Positions 1 to 15,280 of a stretch of DNA of 64,000 nt are shown here, one piece after another. Positions within the stretch are counted from its first letter, which is position 1. Each line of letters opens with the position of its first letter. A program made the position numbers and the translations under genes. Location of the stretch: the NCBI RefSeq assembly GCF_009914755.1, contig NC_060929.1, one strand, 5' to 3'. The stretch is from the human T2T-CHM13v2.0 reference genome, Homo sapiens. The notes below the pieces were generated by a model, which was given only the letters and a program-made list of their open reading frames with translations, ran no database searches and was not told the origin of the DNA.

Positions 1-599
1 GATTATTTGGTCCAATCTTCCTGGTCTAACACCTGGCTACATATAACAACAAACATCTGCTTGAATGTGTTGGAAAGGTGATGATTAATTGCCAGGCTGA
101 TATATTAAATAAAATGGAAATCTCAAAAGTTGAACTTGCTATTCAGTCTGCTTTTGCTCTGGAGGGGGGATTTGTTAGCCAAGAAGAGGCTGAAAACATG
201 AGTAGTGTACTTTGGGAGACTAGAAGGACGAACGTTAAAAGTATACGACCTCCAAGGTTGTGACTCTGGTAGAATTCTTTGGTTAGAGATCCTGAAGGAC
301 AGCATCCTAGGGATAATGGTGAAACAGAAGTAGACCATTCACATAGAGTGTAGTTTAGCATTAAATCATCAAGGTGGATTAGTAAATTGTGAGATTTTGG
401 AAGTGGACTAAGGTGACCTTAGGTTTCTAATGCCCCTAGGAACCTGAAAGATAGAAACCTGGAGGAAGAATATTTTCCTAGGCCTCAAATTATTTGGGTA
501 CTTTTTCAAATACAGTATCTCCACATACCCTGGATACAGGAGGAGAAAGGCGGAATGAAAACTGGCAGAAACAGTAGACCCAAAGGGGCACCAAATAAT

Positions 600-1190
600 T
601 GCATTGTGAGGTAGACTTTAAGTATGTTTACTGTATTCAAGGAGATAAAAGATGGAAAATTTCCATATAGAATTGGAAACTATAAAAAAGTCACTGCAGA
701 TTTGTTAAAAAAAAAAAAAAGCCAAATATAAATTTGAAAACTTGAAAAACCAAACAGTGAAAATTAAGAACTCCAAATGTGTTAGTTATCTATTGCTGTG
801 TAACATACTGCTCAAACTTGACTTAACATACGTTTATTATCTCAGTTTTTGTTGGTCAGGAATCCAAGCATGGCCTAAGTGGGTTCTCTGCTTTAGGCTG
901 CAATCAAAGCATTGGTCGGGGTAGGGTCTCCTCTGGAGGCTGAGCTGGGGAAGGATCTGCTTCAGATTTATGTAGTTGCTAGCAGGTTCTTGGACTGAGG
1001 ACCTCAGTAGCTTCCTGGCTGTTGGATGAAAGCATTCTTCAGTTCCTTGTCCCATGGACCTCTCCTTTAGGACAGCTTACAACCTGGCAGCTTGCCAGAG
1101 GGAACCTATAGAGCCCATAGAGTGAGTCTGCTAACAAGACAACTGAAGAGAGAAATAACCAAACTGAAAATGAGAAAAAAATATTTAGAA
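600..1190 (+). mobile_element. Ancient L1M ORF1-region fragment, interrupted by an MLT1 LTR
   Basis: A-rich 'ttcaaggagataaaagatggaaaat...aattggaaactataaaaaag...gaaaattaagaactcc' resembles old L1 ORF1. It resumes as 'aactgaagagagaaataacc' after about 1141. Confidence 0.6.
778..1140 (-). mobile_element. MLT1 (MLT1F-like) MaLR LTR fragment
   Basis: Begins 'tgtgttagttatctattgctgtgtaaca' and contains 'ggtcaggaatcc', 'ggctgcaatcaa' and 'ctggggaaggatc', typical of reverse-oriented MLT1. Confidence 0.75.
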
Positions 1191-1693
1191 TTAATGTCTT
1201 TGTAAACTTTGACTCTATTACTCTGCCATCACCAGTAAGGGGGAATTGAAATATACCCATGCTGGGAAACAATGGAAGTAGTGTGGAGAAAAGTATTAAG
1301 GATATATTTTAATTGAATGTAGGAGCTTAGAAATAAGGACAGTATTAGGGAAGAATGGATTATTAAACTAGATATTTAGGAATCCTCTTCATACTTATTC
1401 AGGACACCAGTGGGTACCCAATCTGTACTGGTTTTACTGATCTTTGTGCAATTTGCTGCTCAGCAGATATTTTCAATGCTGATTGGTAATATGTCAGTGG
1501 ATAACCAGTGGAAATGCATGTCTATTAATTACTATTGCACATAATATTTATCTTGTTTTTATATTTTGCACAGGATTTTCAAGGTGCTGGTATATTTCTG
1601 AGCACTGTAAAGTTTTCTTTGAGAAATAAGTGTTTATTTTTAAATTGCGTTGTCTCATGGGAGGGTAACATTTGTAAATATACTTCAAATTAG

Positions 1694-2161
1694 TGTTGTT
1701 CCCTCTGCTTTCTTTTTCCTGACTCAGAAACAGAGTGCTTTGACTGCTCTATGTTGGGGCCATGTTTTCCGCAGACTTGAACCCAAGCCAGGCCCTTGAA
1801 TGTTCCCAGGCACGGATAAACTTGTTTAGACTGGCTGAAACACCAAAACATCAAACGTGTTGCTAAACATGTAAATACTAGCCCCAACCCTGAACCCAAT
1901 TCCTTAAGCCCCCATATAAACTCCATATCCGATTCCCCATATCTAGGTTAGAACGTCTCTTTTCTCCCTGTCAATCATGAGGACTAATGCAGCACACAAT
2001 GTATACAGTACTAATAAAGGCTTTGGACTTACCACTTCCTTCTTTGAAATCCCAACTGGTCGCATCTTAGGTTGGTTTGGGGCAGTCCCTTGTGGGAACT
2101 CTCCTGCTATTCTGTCTGGTTTTGGGCCTTACTGCAGTTGTGGTTTTGGGTGGTTGGAACA
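1694..2161 (+). mobile_element. Solo ERVL LTR, MER54-like
   Basis: TG...CA ends, 'cttgaacccaagccaggcccttgaatgttcccaggcac', TATA-like 'catataaa' near 1913, AATAAA near 2013 and 'cccttgtgggaactc'. Confidence 0.7.
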
Positions 2162-3609
2162 AGCATATATTTCAATAAATACGTTTTTTAAATGTCCAAA
2201 AAACAACATGACACAACTGCGGGTCGAGAGCCAGTTTTAGTTTGTCCCATAAGCTTTCTGTCTTTGTTCAGTTTAGTTACAATGGAGAAAACCTCTTTAA
2301 TGTTGACAGGATTTCTTTAGAAAAAAACCATTGCTATATCTGAAAGTCCAGTTTCAACTGGCAAAATTGGACAAAAGCAGCAATTTGAAAAACCAAGCTA
2401 CTTATAACTTGATAAAGTCCTCTATAAACTAAGTCATTATATTTCTCCTTTTAAATAAACCATTGTAAATTTAATGTTCATATCAGTTGAGTATTAGTTT
2501 CCAGCTGGATTCATGCTGAATAAAGTCCAGAAACTTTCTTTGTGATTCAAATAGATGCACAGGAAGCTGGGAAGGAAAAGAAAAGCATATGGTGAGTAAA
2601 TTTCTTAATGCCAGGTATTACATTAACATGAAAGCAGCCAACATTCAGCATTCCTATTCATTTGGAACTCAATGAGAACGTTGAGTTACTTATCACTGAC
2701 TACTTAAGGGGACATTTGCCTATTTATTTACAATGCTTTGCAGAAGTATCCAGTAACATTTATGAATTTATTTGTATATATCAAATATTATCTTATGTTC
2801 TAATGAATTTTATCCATTTCAGGTAGAGAATGGATTATTCTGAAAACTAGATTTTCATATAATTTTGTTTTTAGTTTCATTTTCATTTTTAAAATATAAG
2901 ATTTTTGTTATTGCTATAAAATACATGATCATTACAAAAAATCTGAAAAACAGTAGGGAAGATAATCTCACGCTGTTAACGTTTTGGTATATCTTTTATC
3001 TATAGATTTTTGTTGATATTTTGTTTTTCAGGTCATACTATAGATAAAGGTTTTTACATTTGTATTTCATAATCACTTTTCCTCATTATACATTTCAGTA
3101 TTCCATAAGTAGTCTTTGGGGGTATTTTGTAGATAATTGAATATAAAATTATTGTAAAATTAAACACTAACAAATACATAAACATGAAATTTTCATCAGT
3201 TCACACTCATTACAGGGAGAAAAGGAATCACAACTTTTTTCTATTATTAAAAAAACCCAAGCATGATAATTATATAAGATTAGCTAATGTGGGTGTAAAT
3301 ATATTTCATGTTGGAATAGTTCACAAGTACACAGATGATTAAATCCTGACTTCCAATATATTTGCAAGATTTCCATATCTTACCACCTGGGTGTGATTCA
3401 TAATCAGATAAATAAAGGATCTGTGTATTTGGAAAGCCTTAAAAGAAGGAAAAAATATCTATATAATTATCCTCTGGTAAAGTATACTTTGTTTCAACCT
3501 AGAGTTTTAAATGCCATTTGAAAGAACAATTCTAGAAGAGTTCTATCAGTCTAATTCTCATGTTACCTGAAAATATAAACAAGTTTAAAGTCAGTTTGAC
3601 AGTTGAATC

Positions 3610-3750
3610 TGAAAGTCTAGATTGAAGTCATGCTTTAGTCATTAGCTAAGTGACTTAGGACCAATAAATTTTTATTGAGTTTAGTTTCTTCATCGAATAT
3701 ATTGAGTGGATTGGATAAGAAGATATTCTAAATCCCTCCTAACATGATGA
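3610..3750 (+). mobile_element. MIR-family SINE fragment
   Basis: Degenerate MIR core 'agctaagtgacttagg...tttagtttcttcatc'. Confidence 0.45.
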
Positions 3751-4211
3751 ATCATTCCTTCTAAGCTTCTCACTGCAGATGTAATTTGCCATTAACACTA
3801 ATTTTTTAGCTTTCTTTTTTAAAACTCCTGTTTCCAAATGACAAAATAATAATATTCTTAAAGAGCTAGAGAATTAAGAGAGGTTAGCGTGCCCTTTCGC
3901 TGAATTTCCTCAGTTGCGATATTTTTCTTTCATACTGTTTTCCACCATAACAATATCCCCTGAGGCTAGACTCATATACTTTTAGAATAAAAGGAAATTT
4001 CATTATCAAGTGGAACGAATGATTCAATGCTCAAATGTCCTCTCAAACACTTGCACCAAATATTCAGTTCCCTCTGTGCTTGAAAGATAAAGATTTATTA
4101 CCTCCCAAAGCTGCTACTTTTCCGGTTTGAACTATACTGATTATTAGACAATGCTTACTGTGAGTTGAAATCTGTTTTCTGGTAGCTTCTCCTTCATCTT
4201 AGCTATACCTC

Positions 4212-6179
<1,968 letters not shown>

Positions 6180-6539
6180 AAGTATTTAGGAATCTTCTCC
6201 ATTTCTTTTTATCAGGTCAAAGTACATAAGTACATATTTTAGGGTCTTCTGTTCTTGAGGGTTTTTTTTTTGTGTTTTTTGTTTTTTCTTTTCCTATTGG
6301 AGGTTTGACACCTATATTTTTCTCTGACATTTTGGAAATTTGCTTCCCAAAGTCAAAAACATAATGCCTAACTTTTCCCGATTTGGCCAACATCAACTTT
6401 AAGATTCTGTGGTTATCTTTTTACCAAGAGATTTGTCAGTTTTACTGCCCCAGTCATTTCCTTTTTACTGATTAGAATTAGGCCTTTGTGTAGCTGTTCA
6501 CCTAATTACTTCCTCTACCTTGTGAAAAAGAGCAGGGAC

Positions 6540-6650
6540 GCTAACATTTGCTGGGTACCTACTACATGCCAAAAGTACTTAATCGTATGCAGTAATGTCA
6601 TTTAATTTTCAAAACAACTCTCCAAAGGAAGTGTCACTCTCCTTGTTTGA
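6540..6650 (-). mobile_element. MIR fragment
   Basis: 'gctaacatttgctgggtacctactacatgcc...tcatttaattttcaaaacaactct'. Confidence 0.5.
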
Positions 6651-7349
6651 TTTCTTGCTTCCCAAATGGAAGGTCCTTTGTATTAATAGTATCTGTCAAA
6701 TTTCATACAATACTTAAATATGTTCTTGATACGTACTTCAATATAACCAACAGAATGAGGCAGTATTCGATAAAGTAAAAAATAAGATGAATATTTCTAG
6801 TGATTTATAAGTTACTTGAGGAAATCATGCTGTTTATTCTTTTCCTTTTTAGGTATTCTTTGTGAATTTGCTATTTGTGTGTGAATATATCTGTTGCGAT
6901 AATGAATAACCATATGAAATGGATAATTGTATGAAAATTCATTTGTAATTCAATAGATTGCCAGGGATTTTAGGTTGGTTATGAAGGTTTGTTTTTTTTT
7001 TTTTTTTCTTTTGGAGAGTGGGGAGATTGGCATACAGTTTCAAATTGTTTATGTGGAAGTTGGAAGTGTGACTAAGCTCGAAGAAAGGAAGAGAGGGACA
7101 AAGAAAGGGAGGAGGTACCCCTAAGTGGGAACCTACCAGGACATTCAAAGCAAGAGCAGTAAGTTCTGAATGTTCTGGGACAACCTGGGTGATATGCATG
7201 GATATGGGCTGTGGAGGCTGAGCATTTTAATGATAACTTAGGGAAACGAGGCATGGCCATGGTGTAAAACTCTCAAATCCCAAGCCCTAATCCAACCTTA
7301 AAATCCGAGTCTTCTAAAGGGCTGTTTTAACCATGAAAGGACCATAAGA

Positions 7350-8280
7350 AAGGCAATTCACAGAAAATGAAGCCATGTGGCCAAGAAATATAAGAAAAAC
7401 AGTAAAAGCCCTTAATCTCAATAGCAATAGAGTGGATGCAAATGAATATAATGAGTTGCCATGTCGTTCTTACTGGATTGGAAAAGAAATTAGAATGTCT
7501 AAATAACATGTATCATCCAGGATGTGGGGAAATGGGAGCTCTTGTACCCTGCAGGCAGGCATTTAAATTGGTGCAACCGCTTTGGATTGCTGCTTTGTAG
7601 TATCTGGTGCAACTGAAGATGAACATGCCCTGTGACACAGCAACCGCACTTCTAGGTCAATACCCTAATTATATTCTTACTGTGGTTCACAAGAAGGTAT
7701 GTAAGAGGTCATTGCCTGAGCACTGTTTAGAATAGGGGCAAACTGGAAATCCTCTAAATGTCTGTCAATGAAGGAATAGATAAATTGTAATATGTTCATA
7801 TAAAATGCTGCATAAATAAGTGAAATTTATAAATATACTAACGAATGAATCTTGAAAACAGAGTTGGGAGATAAAAGCAAGCTGTTGAAGAACATGGTCA
7901 GTATCCTCTCACTTATGTAAGTTAAAAACTCCAAAGAACATTATCTATATTGGTAATGGCATAGACATGTGTGGTAAAATATAAAAATATTAACTAAAAG
8001 TTCTATACGCTTCAGGATATTGTTAGTATAATAAGGCAGGAAGTGGATAGCATTGGGGTGAGACAGTGGTTTGGTGGTTATGTTTGGTTACTTTAGTTAT
8101 GTTAGTAACATTTTTTTTTTAAAGAAGGATCTGGAATAATTATGGTAAAATAATAGTATTTGCTAAGACTAGATGATTGGTGTACTGGATTTCATCCGCT
8201 ATTTTCTAAGTTTGTTATGAACGCTTAAAATATATATGTATGTAGTAAAATTAATGTAAATTTGTACAAATAAAAATAAA
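7350..8280 (+). mobile_element. Ancient L1ME-type 3' end
   Basis: Degenerate ORF2 end ('caggatgtggggaaatgggagctct', 'aaattggtgcaaccgctttgg', 'aaatgtctgtcaatg') followed by an L1ME-like 3'UTR ending in an A-rich tail. Confidence 0.75.
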
Positions 8281-8318
8281 TGGCATGTGATATATGGCAG
8301 AAGCTGTGTGTGTGTATG
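8237..8318 (+). terminator. Candidate strong cleavage/polyadenylation site
   Basis: Four TGTA motifs (8237, 8241, 8255, 8263), tandem AATAAA (8269-8274, 8275-8280), CA at 8298-8299 and a GT-rich downstream element at 8305-8318. Confidence 0.55.
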
Positions 8319-8479
8319 AAAAGCAAAGGCAGGCAGGGCAAGTTTCTGGGTAGCATAAACATGGAACAATCCTAGGAATATGAAATTGACCTAAATATAC
8401 CAGCTTTCTGGAGATTCCACAGTCCCAGATGATTGATGATCTAATACAATTTTCTAGTTTTATTGATAATAGGAGCAAG

Positions 8480-8580
8480 AAGGGTTAAGTGACTTTCTCC
8501 AAGTTGCACATACATAAGTGGTAGAGCTCAGTCTAGAATCCAAGTGTTCTGAGTCCTGTCCAGTGTTGTTCTTCCTACAT
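8480..8580 (-). mobile_element. MIR fragment
   Basis: 'ggttaagtgactttctccaagttgcaca...gtggtagagctcagtctagaatccaag'. Confidence 0.6.
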
Positions 8581-9689
8581 TGCTGCAAATGAGTCCTTCA
8601 TGTATAGCTCATGACTTGCATAAGGTAGATAATTTTGTGAGCTGTTCTTTACAGATTCCCTTTTATTTTATATTCTACGAGGTCTATCTATAGCAAAAGG
8701 CATTTAGAAGTGGTGTTAATATTAGCATGCCCAAAGTAACTCTGAGATGATATCATTTACTTCCATATGGGAATTTTCCAGTTAGTATCAAGCTTGAGAT
8801 TCAAGTGGAAATTAGCTTTCAGGAATTTTTGCAATATAAAATTTATTATGTGTTGACCTACTTCTGTGTACCAAGCCAGGCTCAAAGTAGTAGTACAAGT
8901 ATGTTGCTATTACACCCAAAAATAAGTTATCTAAAAGTTCTCCTGTTGTCTGTATTAACTACCTGATCTTTTGGATTAAAAGATTGATAGACAGTATTGT
9001 TTCTTTCTAACTATAGTTAGGAAAAAAGGAAGTGTTCAAATTAGTTTATTACAATCCAGATCATCTTATCTCTTCCTGACAACCTAGATAAATCTATTTG
9101 TGACTAGCAAAATGGAACATTTTTAGTGCTGTCAGATATTTTGTAGAACCACATAAATTTTGTGGAGAAGTGGTTATATTTTTAGTAAGGGAATTATTTC
9201 CTCTGGAAAAAAGCACTGAACATGGAAGCATTAAAACAAGTGACAAGGAATGGAGGTCATTTATTGTACCCATCCTCTCTGTCCTATATAATCACTAAGC
9301 ATTCCTAGGGGATAGAGTACAAATCTGGGTATTGGGAAATAGATTCTTGCTATTTTGATAATTCCACCTATATCAGTTATTTACAATATGTTATTTCTGC
9401 ATCTGAAAAAATTGATTTTAATAGTAAATAATCCAGAGATACAGAGTGAGTTATTAATTAATGCTTATTAAATATAGTATCTACAAGTCTTCAGTATTAA
9501 TGTTTCACAATTTATAATGGTAAGATGTCTGCAATGGAGAGATATTGGACATGGGGGAAAGTAACAAAACATTTAAGCAGGAACTGGCTTTAGTGGGTAA
9601 TTGGGATCAGTATTGAACCTATACAGTGGAAGAGTGACATAGCTTGAATGATATGATTTGGAGGATACAAAGGCCTCTTGAAGGAATAG

Positions 9690-10143
9690 TTTGTTTCTGT
9701 TCCATAATGTCTGGGGTCTCAACTGGTAAAACTCAAATGCTGGGAGTGACTCCATACCTAGGGGCTGGGATCATCTGGAGCCATCTTCATTCACAGGTCT
9801 CCTATTGATACTGGCTCTTGGCTGGAATCTCAGCTAGGGCTAGTTGACCAGAGAACATACATGTGTCCTCTCCATATGGCCTGGGCTTTCTTATAGGATG
9901 GTGGTATTAGGGTAGTTGGACTTTTTACATGGTGGCTTAAGACTCCAAAAGCCAATGCGTAAAAAGATCTAATGGGGGTTGCAAGGCCTTTTCTGACTTA
10001 GCCTCAGAAGTTTCGTAGCATCTCTATTGTAATCAATTCGTCAAAGCAATTACAAGCCCACCAAGATCCAAGAGAAGGGGTATAGACCCCACTTCTTGAT
10101 GGCAGGAATATCAGAGAATTTTGGATGCATGTTTAAACCAACA
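9690..10143 (-). mobile_element. MLT1 (MLT1H/G-like) LTR
   Basis: 'ggggctgggatcatctggag', 'ctctccatatggcctgggct', 'ccttttctgacttagcctcagaag' and 'gaccccacttcttgatgg'. Ends in CA. Confidence 0.75.
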
Positions 10144-11859
10144 TAAGCTACGTGGGTTGAAAGTCACCAAAATCAGAAAGGCACTGTCTGTGAAAATCAC
10201 TGCCTGTGAAAGGAACTTAGCTCTAACTAAACCGCGGCTGCTGCTGGCAATCCAAGTGTTGCTCTAGAGATTTATCTGAGGTTCTGGCTCTTGTTTCAGG
10301 AAGCCCTCCTGAAACATTGATACCATTACATTAGCAGGGACAATAAGGACCCTCACCTCAGGCTCATTACAGGCTTTCCATTACCACCTAAAAGAGAGCA
10401 GCAAAAATTAGGGGCTTCCTGCAAGCTTACTTGCTTGTCATCACATCAATCTACTAAAATATTCAATGTCAAACTACTCAATTATCAATGTATGAAAAAA
10501 TTTTTCAGGTGTAAACACTACTTTTAGTACAATTTTAAGGAATCTCCTTCCTTAATGTAAGTCTTGTTATATAATATGGTCTTCTAGGAGTACTATTTTT
10601 GCTTATATGTATACCAATGTCTTCATGCTTGGCAGTAGGAGAAGAGAAGGGAAGTTGGGGCGGAAAAGAGTAGTGATAAGAGAAGATATAAAGCTATTTT
10701 TAGTTTTAAATTAAATCCACAAAGACTAAATTTGATGAAGGTGATGGGGTGTTTGGAAACATCCAAGACATAATGGTTTTTCAGAGGATGGTTTTCATAT
10801 TCTTTATATTCAAGTTTACTTTTTCCTAATAATAAAAAACATAAAGGAGTCAAATATTTTTAGATGCCTGTGGATTTTGAGAATCTTACCTCACTCCAGG
10901 TTTATTTCTGAGCTCTATTATTCTTTTCATGTATATGAGGCAAATACAATTAAAATTTAAACATAAAATACAGTGTTGCTGCTTTTGCTGTAACACATAA
11001 AGTAAGCATAAATGAGTCTCAGTTACACAAACATAAAAATAATCATCCATCCAGGAAAGTAATTTAAAACAAATTATAGTCAGGGAACTGAAACTGATAC
11101 TTTTAACTGTTGATATAAAATGTGAATTAGATTGTAAAAACTCAAGAAAATAATTATTATAAACTAGGTATATATGTGTGTATCTGGAATGAAAATTTGT
11201 AGAAATAGATAAAAAGCCACAAAATCCTTTTAGTCTTAGAAATAATAATCTTAAAATGCTTTTAGTAAATTACAAAGCTTTTGTTGTCAAAAAGTACTAC
11301 AGTCTGATTAGGAATTACATTTTCTGTGATCTATGCCATAGACCTCTCCACATGTGCTAACTTTTCCTGAAATGTAAATGAGCAATGTTTATGAAAATAG
11401 CTTATTTTATTAATATTTGAAGTTATAAAATTCATAATTTCTCAGTTTCTTGAATTTGAACAAAAATATATAAAACAACACATCAGCATGGGATCATGGA
11501 ATTTTCTGTTGCTAAAATATTTAAGTAGTCATGTTCACTGGGGATATGCTTTCCTTTTAATCATTGGTAATCTGTGGATAGAGAAGTCAGAGTTAGCTGA
11601 GGATTCGTTTCAAACCGTAGCCTCCAAAGTTTTGAAACTGCGCCATCTCTGAGCTTCTCTGCAAGATTGAAAATCCTGCTGTTCTAAGCTTTTGATACCT
11701 GGTAGGAGTATGTCACATTTCTGAGATGTTTTAGAAGAGGAAAAATGTTTTACGAACCATTGCTTTTAACAAACCCTCATATGTTAAAATCTAGATTTAC
11801 ATTACAGACAGATAGGGGTACTAGCTTTGTTAAGATATTCCAAACATTTTGCATGTTAT

Positions 11860-12762
11860 TACAAGGCTTCAATGGACATGTGTACCTGAACAATATTTCA
11901 GCCTCTCTCTTCAGCCAGAATTTGCTCCTGAGAGGCAAATTCATATCTCCAGACATCTCTACCTGAACATCCCAAATATGCTCATAATCAACATGCCCCA
12001 AACTGCATTCATCAGCTTTTTGTCCTTTTCAATATTCCCAAACCAAGGGTTGGCACTACTACTTGCATAGTCTTTCAATCTAGACACCTGGGAGTCATTT
12101 TTTACTTTCATTCTTCCCTTCCCATACTCAGTCAGTCACCAAGTCTTGCAGATTCCCAAAGATGTTTCCAACTCACCATTCATTTCTTCCCTTATCAATA
12201 TTTAACTTATTTCAGATCCCCATCATGGCTCCCCTGGACAATTCCAAGGGTCTTCTAAGGTTCCTTACTCACAGTCTCATTACCCTCTAGTCAGCCTTCA
12301 CAATGCAATCAGAAAGATCCTTGTGGCATACAAACCTTTTCCCCCTGAATGAAATCCATGCTTCTAACCAAGCCATGCAAGACTTCTTGTTTTCTTTCTA
12401 GCCTAAAGTCTTGTCATTCTTTACCTCCTATGATTTAGCAATCGTGATGGAGTTGACTTTCACTAAATGCACCAAATTAGCTTTTAGCTTCTTTCCTTTT
12501 ATGTTTGTTTGTTTGTTTGTTTACCTGCATAGAAAATTGGTTCAAGCATAGCTTCAGTTTTCCTTGATCTGTGATCAAGGCTCTTCCACATAAATTGAGA
12601 CTCTCCTCCTGTTTATCCCATCATATACTCACTGTATTGTACTTCTTTGTTCCTAGGTTCCCTGAGAGTATGCATTGTGTTTGTTCTTTGTTCAATTGGT
12701 AGCACATTTATAAAATGCTTGTTACATAGTAGTGCTCAATAAATATCTGACTAATGAATTAA
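11860..12762 (+). mobile_element. L2 LINE 3' region
   Basis: 'gacatctctacctgaacatccc', 'cacctgggagtcat', 'cagtcaccaagtcttg' and the L2 3' end 'atagtagtgctcaataaatatctgactaatgaat'. Confidence 0.7.
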
Positions 12763-13297
12763 TATATCCCCTCAATTAGAACTCCAGACACAATTAAAAT
12801 ATACTTTACCATGCAATAATTCAAACTTTCGAGTTACAAATATATTGAATCTCCTACTGGCTTCACTCATAATCAATAAGAATAATTTTAAAATGTAATT
12901 TTGTCTGATTTAAATATATTCATCTTCTGGGGGAAAATGCAGTTTGGAATTGTAGCAGATTATCACATAGTTGCAGGAAATTGTAGATATCAACACATTT
13001 ATTATCTTTACTGTCTATTATGTGTCTTTTCCCCCTACAATCAGCAGAATGCTTTGTATATCATATTTGTTCTCTTTTGCAAGGCACTGTGTGTGGGTGT
13101 TCTGATGTGTAATTTGCCCATGCAAAAAGAAAAATGACTGCTAGAGGAAAATGTAGGCGGTGTCTGTTCTTACCTTTGGAAAAAAAAAATTGTTATATAA
13201 CTGATCCCAAACTCTGAAAAAATTTTCTATCTTAAGGACTTCTTTTTTTCCCTCCACATGATTGTGACTGCAATTGATATAAGACTTCTAGAATCCT

Positions 13298-13480
13298 CTT
13301 CATTCATTCAGTGAGTGTTTATTGAACATTTAGTACTTGTCAGATATTGCTCTGGATGTTGGGGTTAGTAAAATGAATAAGACAGAATCCCTATCGACAC
13401 AGTGATTGTAGCCTAGGAAGAAAGGCCAGTGAGGAGACAATACAATAATAGATATTATAGTATTATAGTAGGTAGCCTGA
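13298..13480 (-). mobile_element. L2 3' end fragment
   Basis: 'cattcattcagtgagtgtttattgaacatttagtacttgtcag...atgaataagacagaatccct'. Confidence 0.65.
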
Positions 13481-14156
13481 ACAAAGCTAAACTATTACCT
13501 GGCCCATCTCAACAGGATGTTGTCCCAGAGGGTGTGGCATGCAGGAGGAACTCAATCCAAAAGTGAAAATCAACTTATTTTTCTGTATTTTCTTCAAAAA
13601 TGCCAACAGTGATTAGTGCATGATGCACTGCAAAATATCCTAAAAATCTGCTGTGCACACCCACCTCCCATAGTCAATCATCACAGTAAGGGCCCCTGCC
13701 TGGGATCTCGCACCTAGTTATTGGTTAATTTGCCCCCTCCCCCTTTCTCATTCATTGTCTCTCCCTCTGCAAAACTTTCTATGAAAATTCAGACCACTCT
13801 TAGTCTTTTCTATTTCTCCTTTTCCTCATTTTTTTCCAAATCTTTTTCCCCCCAAGCATAGAATTTGCCGGTCTTCATATAAGTAATATAGTTTTGTGGG
13901 GGTTTTGTTGGCTCTGCCACTTCATACCTACTTATATCAAAATCCTGACTAGTAAAATGACCAATGCAATGAATTGCTCAGAGCCAAGCAAGGATAGGGA
14001 AGTGAAGGAAAATGTGAATATTTATGCATTGTTATTTTTCCCAATCCTACTGAGAAATTATGGCAGCCCATCATATCTTCTTTCCAAAACTGGGATTCAA
14101 TGAGTAAATATAACACTTTCCAATTGACACAAAGTAAACAGGAACCATAATTATTA

Positions 14157-14492
<336 letters not shown>

Positions 14493-14829
14493 TTATGAAA
14501 AACACATTTTGCTGCTAAAAAGGAATGGGACAATAACAAAAAAAGAGAATTCTAGATAAAACTTGTTAGAACAATTTGTCTTGGGAAATTCTGAAATGAA
14601 AACCTTTAGTCCTTGACTAAAGAGGTTTCCATCTTTGGAAAATATACCAAATTCAAGATAGGCTGGAATCGAGTTGTACTGTGCATTTGGGTCAGTATGA
14701 GAGTCTTGTGCTGATAATTTGTTCCTCTCCTAAACACGGAAACGTTTTATTAAGTCTATCCAAAGGACTTTTGCAATTTTCTAGTCAAATCTCTTCCACG
14801 AAGTGTTTGATAAACAGCCATTGACCCTC

Positions 14830-15170
14830 TTCAGGGTCAATCTGGAGGAGTAGGGAAAGGTGGGAAGTGTGGGGGAGGGTTTCCCATGAAGAAAGCATCT
14901 GACCTATGTCTTAGACATAGAGTAGGGTGCCAGTGGATGGAGAAAGGAATGAAGGACATCCCTGGTTAGTTGAATAGCACAACATATTGAGAGAGATGAT
15001 TGAAACATATTGTGTTTGCAGAAAATCCAGTAATTTTATATTGTGGGGACAAAACTTAGGAAAAGATGTAATGGGGGATAAAGATAGGAAATATATTTTG
15101 GGAAAGTGGTGAATTTTCTGCAGGCCACCACAAGGAATTTGAAGTTTATTCTGAAAGCAATGAAGAGTTC
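14830..15170 (-). mobile_element. L2 fragment
   Basis: Purine-rich reverse L2 pattern ending 'aaggaatttgaagtttattctgaaagcaatgaagag'. Confidence 0.55.
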
Positions 15171-15280
15171 AATCAAGCTAATAATGGGAAGCCTCCCACT
15201 ATTCTTGAAGTTTAAATAAAATTTTCTTTCCTCTGGAGACAGATGAATGAATGAATGACTAAAGGAATCACTGCCACAAG

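Noticed and set aside
3960-4210. Possible L3/CR1 remnant
   Set aside because: The resemblance is too weak to support without a profile search.
11638-11655. GCGCCATCT as a CTCF/YY1 site
   Set aside because: Only the core matches. The CCASY half of the CTCF motif is absent.
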